Origin: Magallana gigas | Taxonomy: Eukaryota | NCBI RefSeq assembly: GCF_963853765.1 | Contig: NC_088859.1 | Coordinates: 15,562,001-15,626,000 of the forward strand | Length of the DNA: 64,000 nucleotides | Direction: 5' to 3' | In this document: in pieces, positions 63,794 to 64,000 of the stretch | Layout of the letters: each line of letters begins with the position of its first letter | Position numbering within the stretch: the first letter of the stretch is position 1 | Notes under the pieces: model-generated | The model's database searches: none | Told to the model about the DNA's origin: nothing | The model's input: the letters and a program-made list of their open reading frames with translations, nothing else | Program-made: the position numbers and the translations under genes

Positions 63794-64000
63794 AAGAACC
63801 ATTGTGTTACAAAATATGATATCGACAAACTGCAATAGAACGGACACTTTCTATCATTACTGTGAAAAGAATTATGTAAAAGGGGTTATTCAGTCAAATG
63901 AATTTTACTAGATATTTCTGGTTTTACATTTCATTACAATTGAAGACGGGTTGTGGTAAATTCATGGTAGTAAATTAATAAAGAAAAAAAACCCATATTG

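Overview
AT-rich eukaryotic genomic window with spliceosomal introns and many (GA)n microsatellites. It looks like an oyster or related bivalve, because it carries a Helentron with Cg170-type satellite units; this is inference and no database search was run. All gene models were built by hand from GT/GC-AG sites and exon phase. (1) 5.9-31.2 kb holds a birth-and-death cluster of short collagens with Cys knots. Copy A (- strand) is intact, with a signal peptide and an Asp-rich tail. There is also a degenerate fragment, a pseudogene (B) and a 5'-truncated segmental duplicate of A (C). A + strand copy (D) can be spliced in frame onto a 574-codon (Gly-Asn)n exon that the supplied ORF track misses. 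The cluster is full of nested MITEs, a Helentron-satellite and a decayed Mutator-like element with a DEDDh exonuclease. (2) 34.8-49.7 kb (-) is an 8-exon DOK7 homologue (PH+PTB, about 1641 aa) with a very long tail rich in tyrosine motifs. (3) 53-64 kb (+) has three genes: an orphan 164-aa ORF, an 8-exon secreted prepro-protein with Pro-x-hydrophobic pentapeptide repeats and a GKR site, and a 5-exon precursor made of a signal peptide, a 43-aa Arg-rich (+14) amidatable peptide, GKR and an acidic EF-hand pair (candidate antimicrobial peptide). There is one 151-N assembly gap. No CRISPR, rRNA or convincing functional tRNA was found. The best novelty candidates are the collagen-(Gly-Asn)n protein with its tail-swapping family, and the linear cationic peptide on an EF-hand prodomain.
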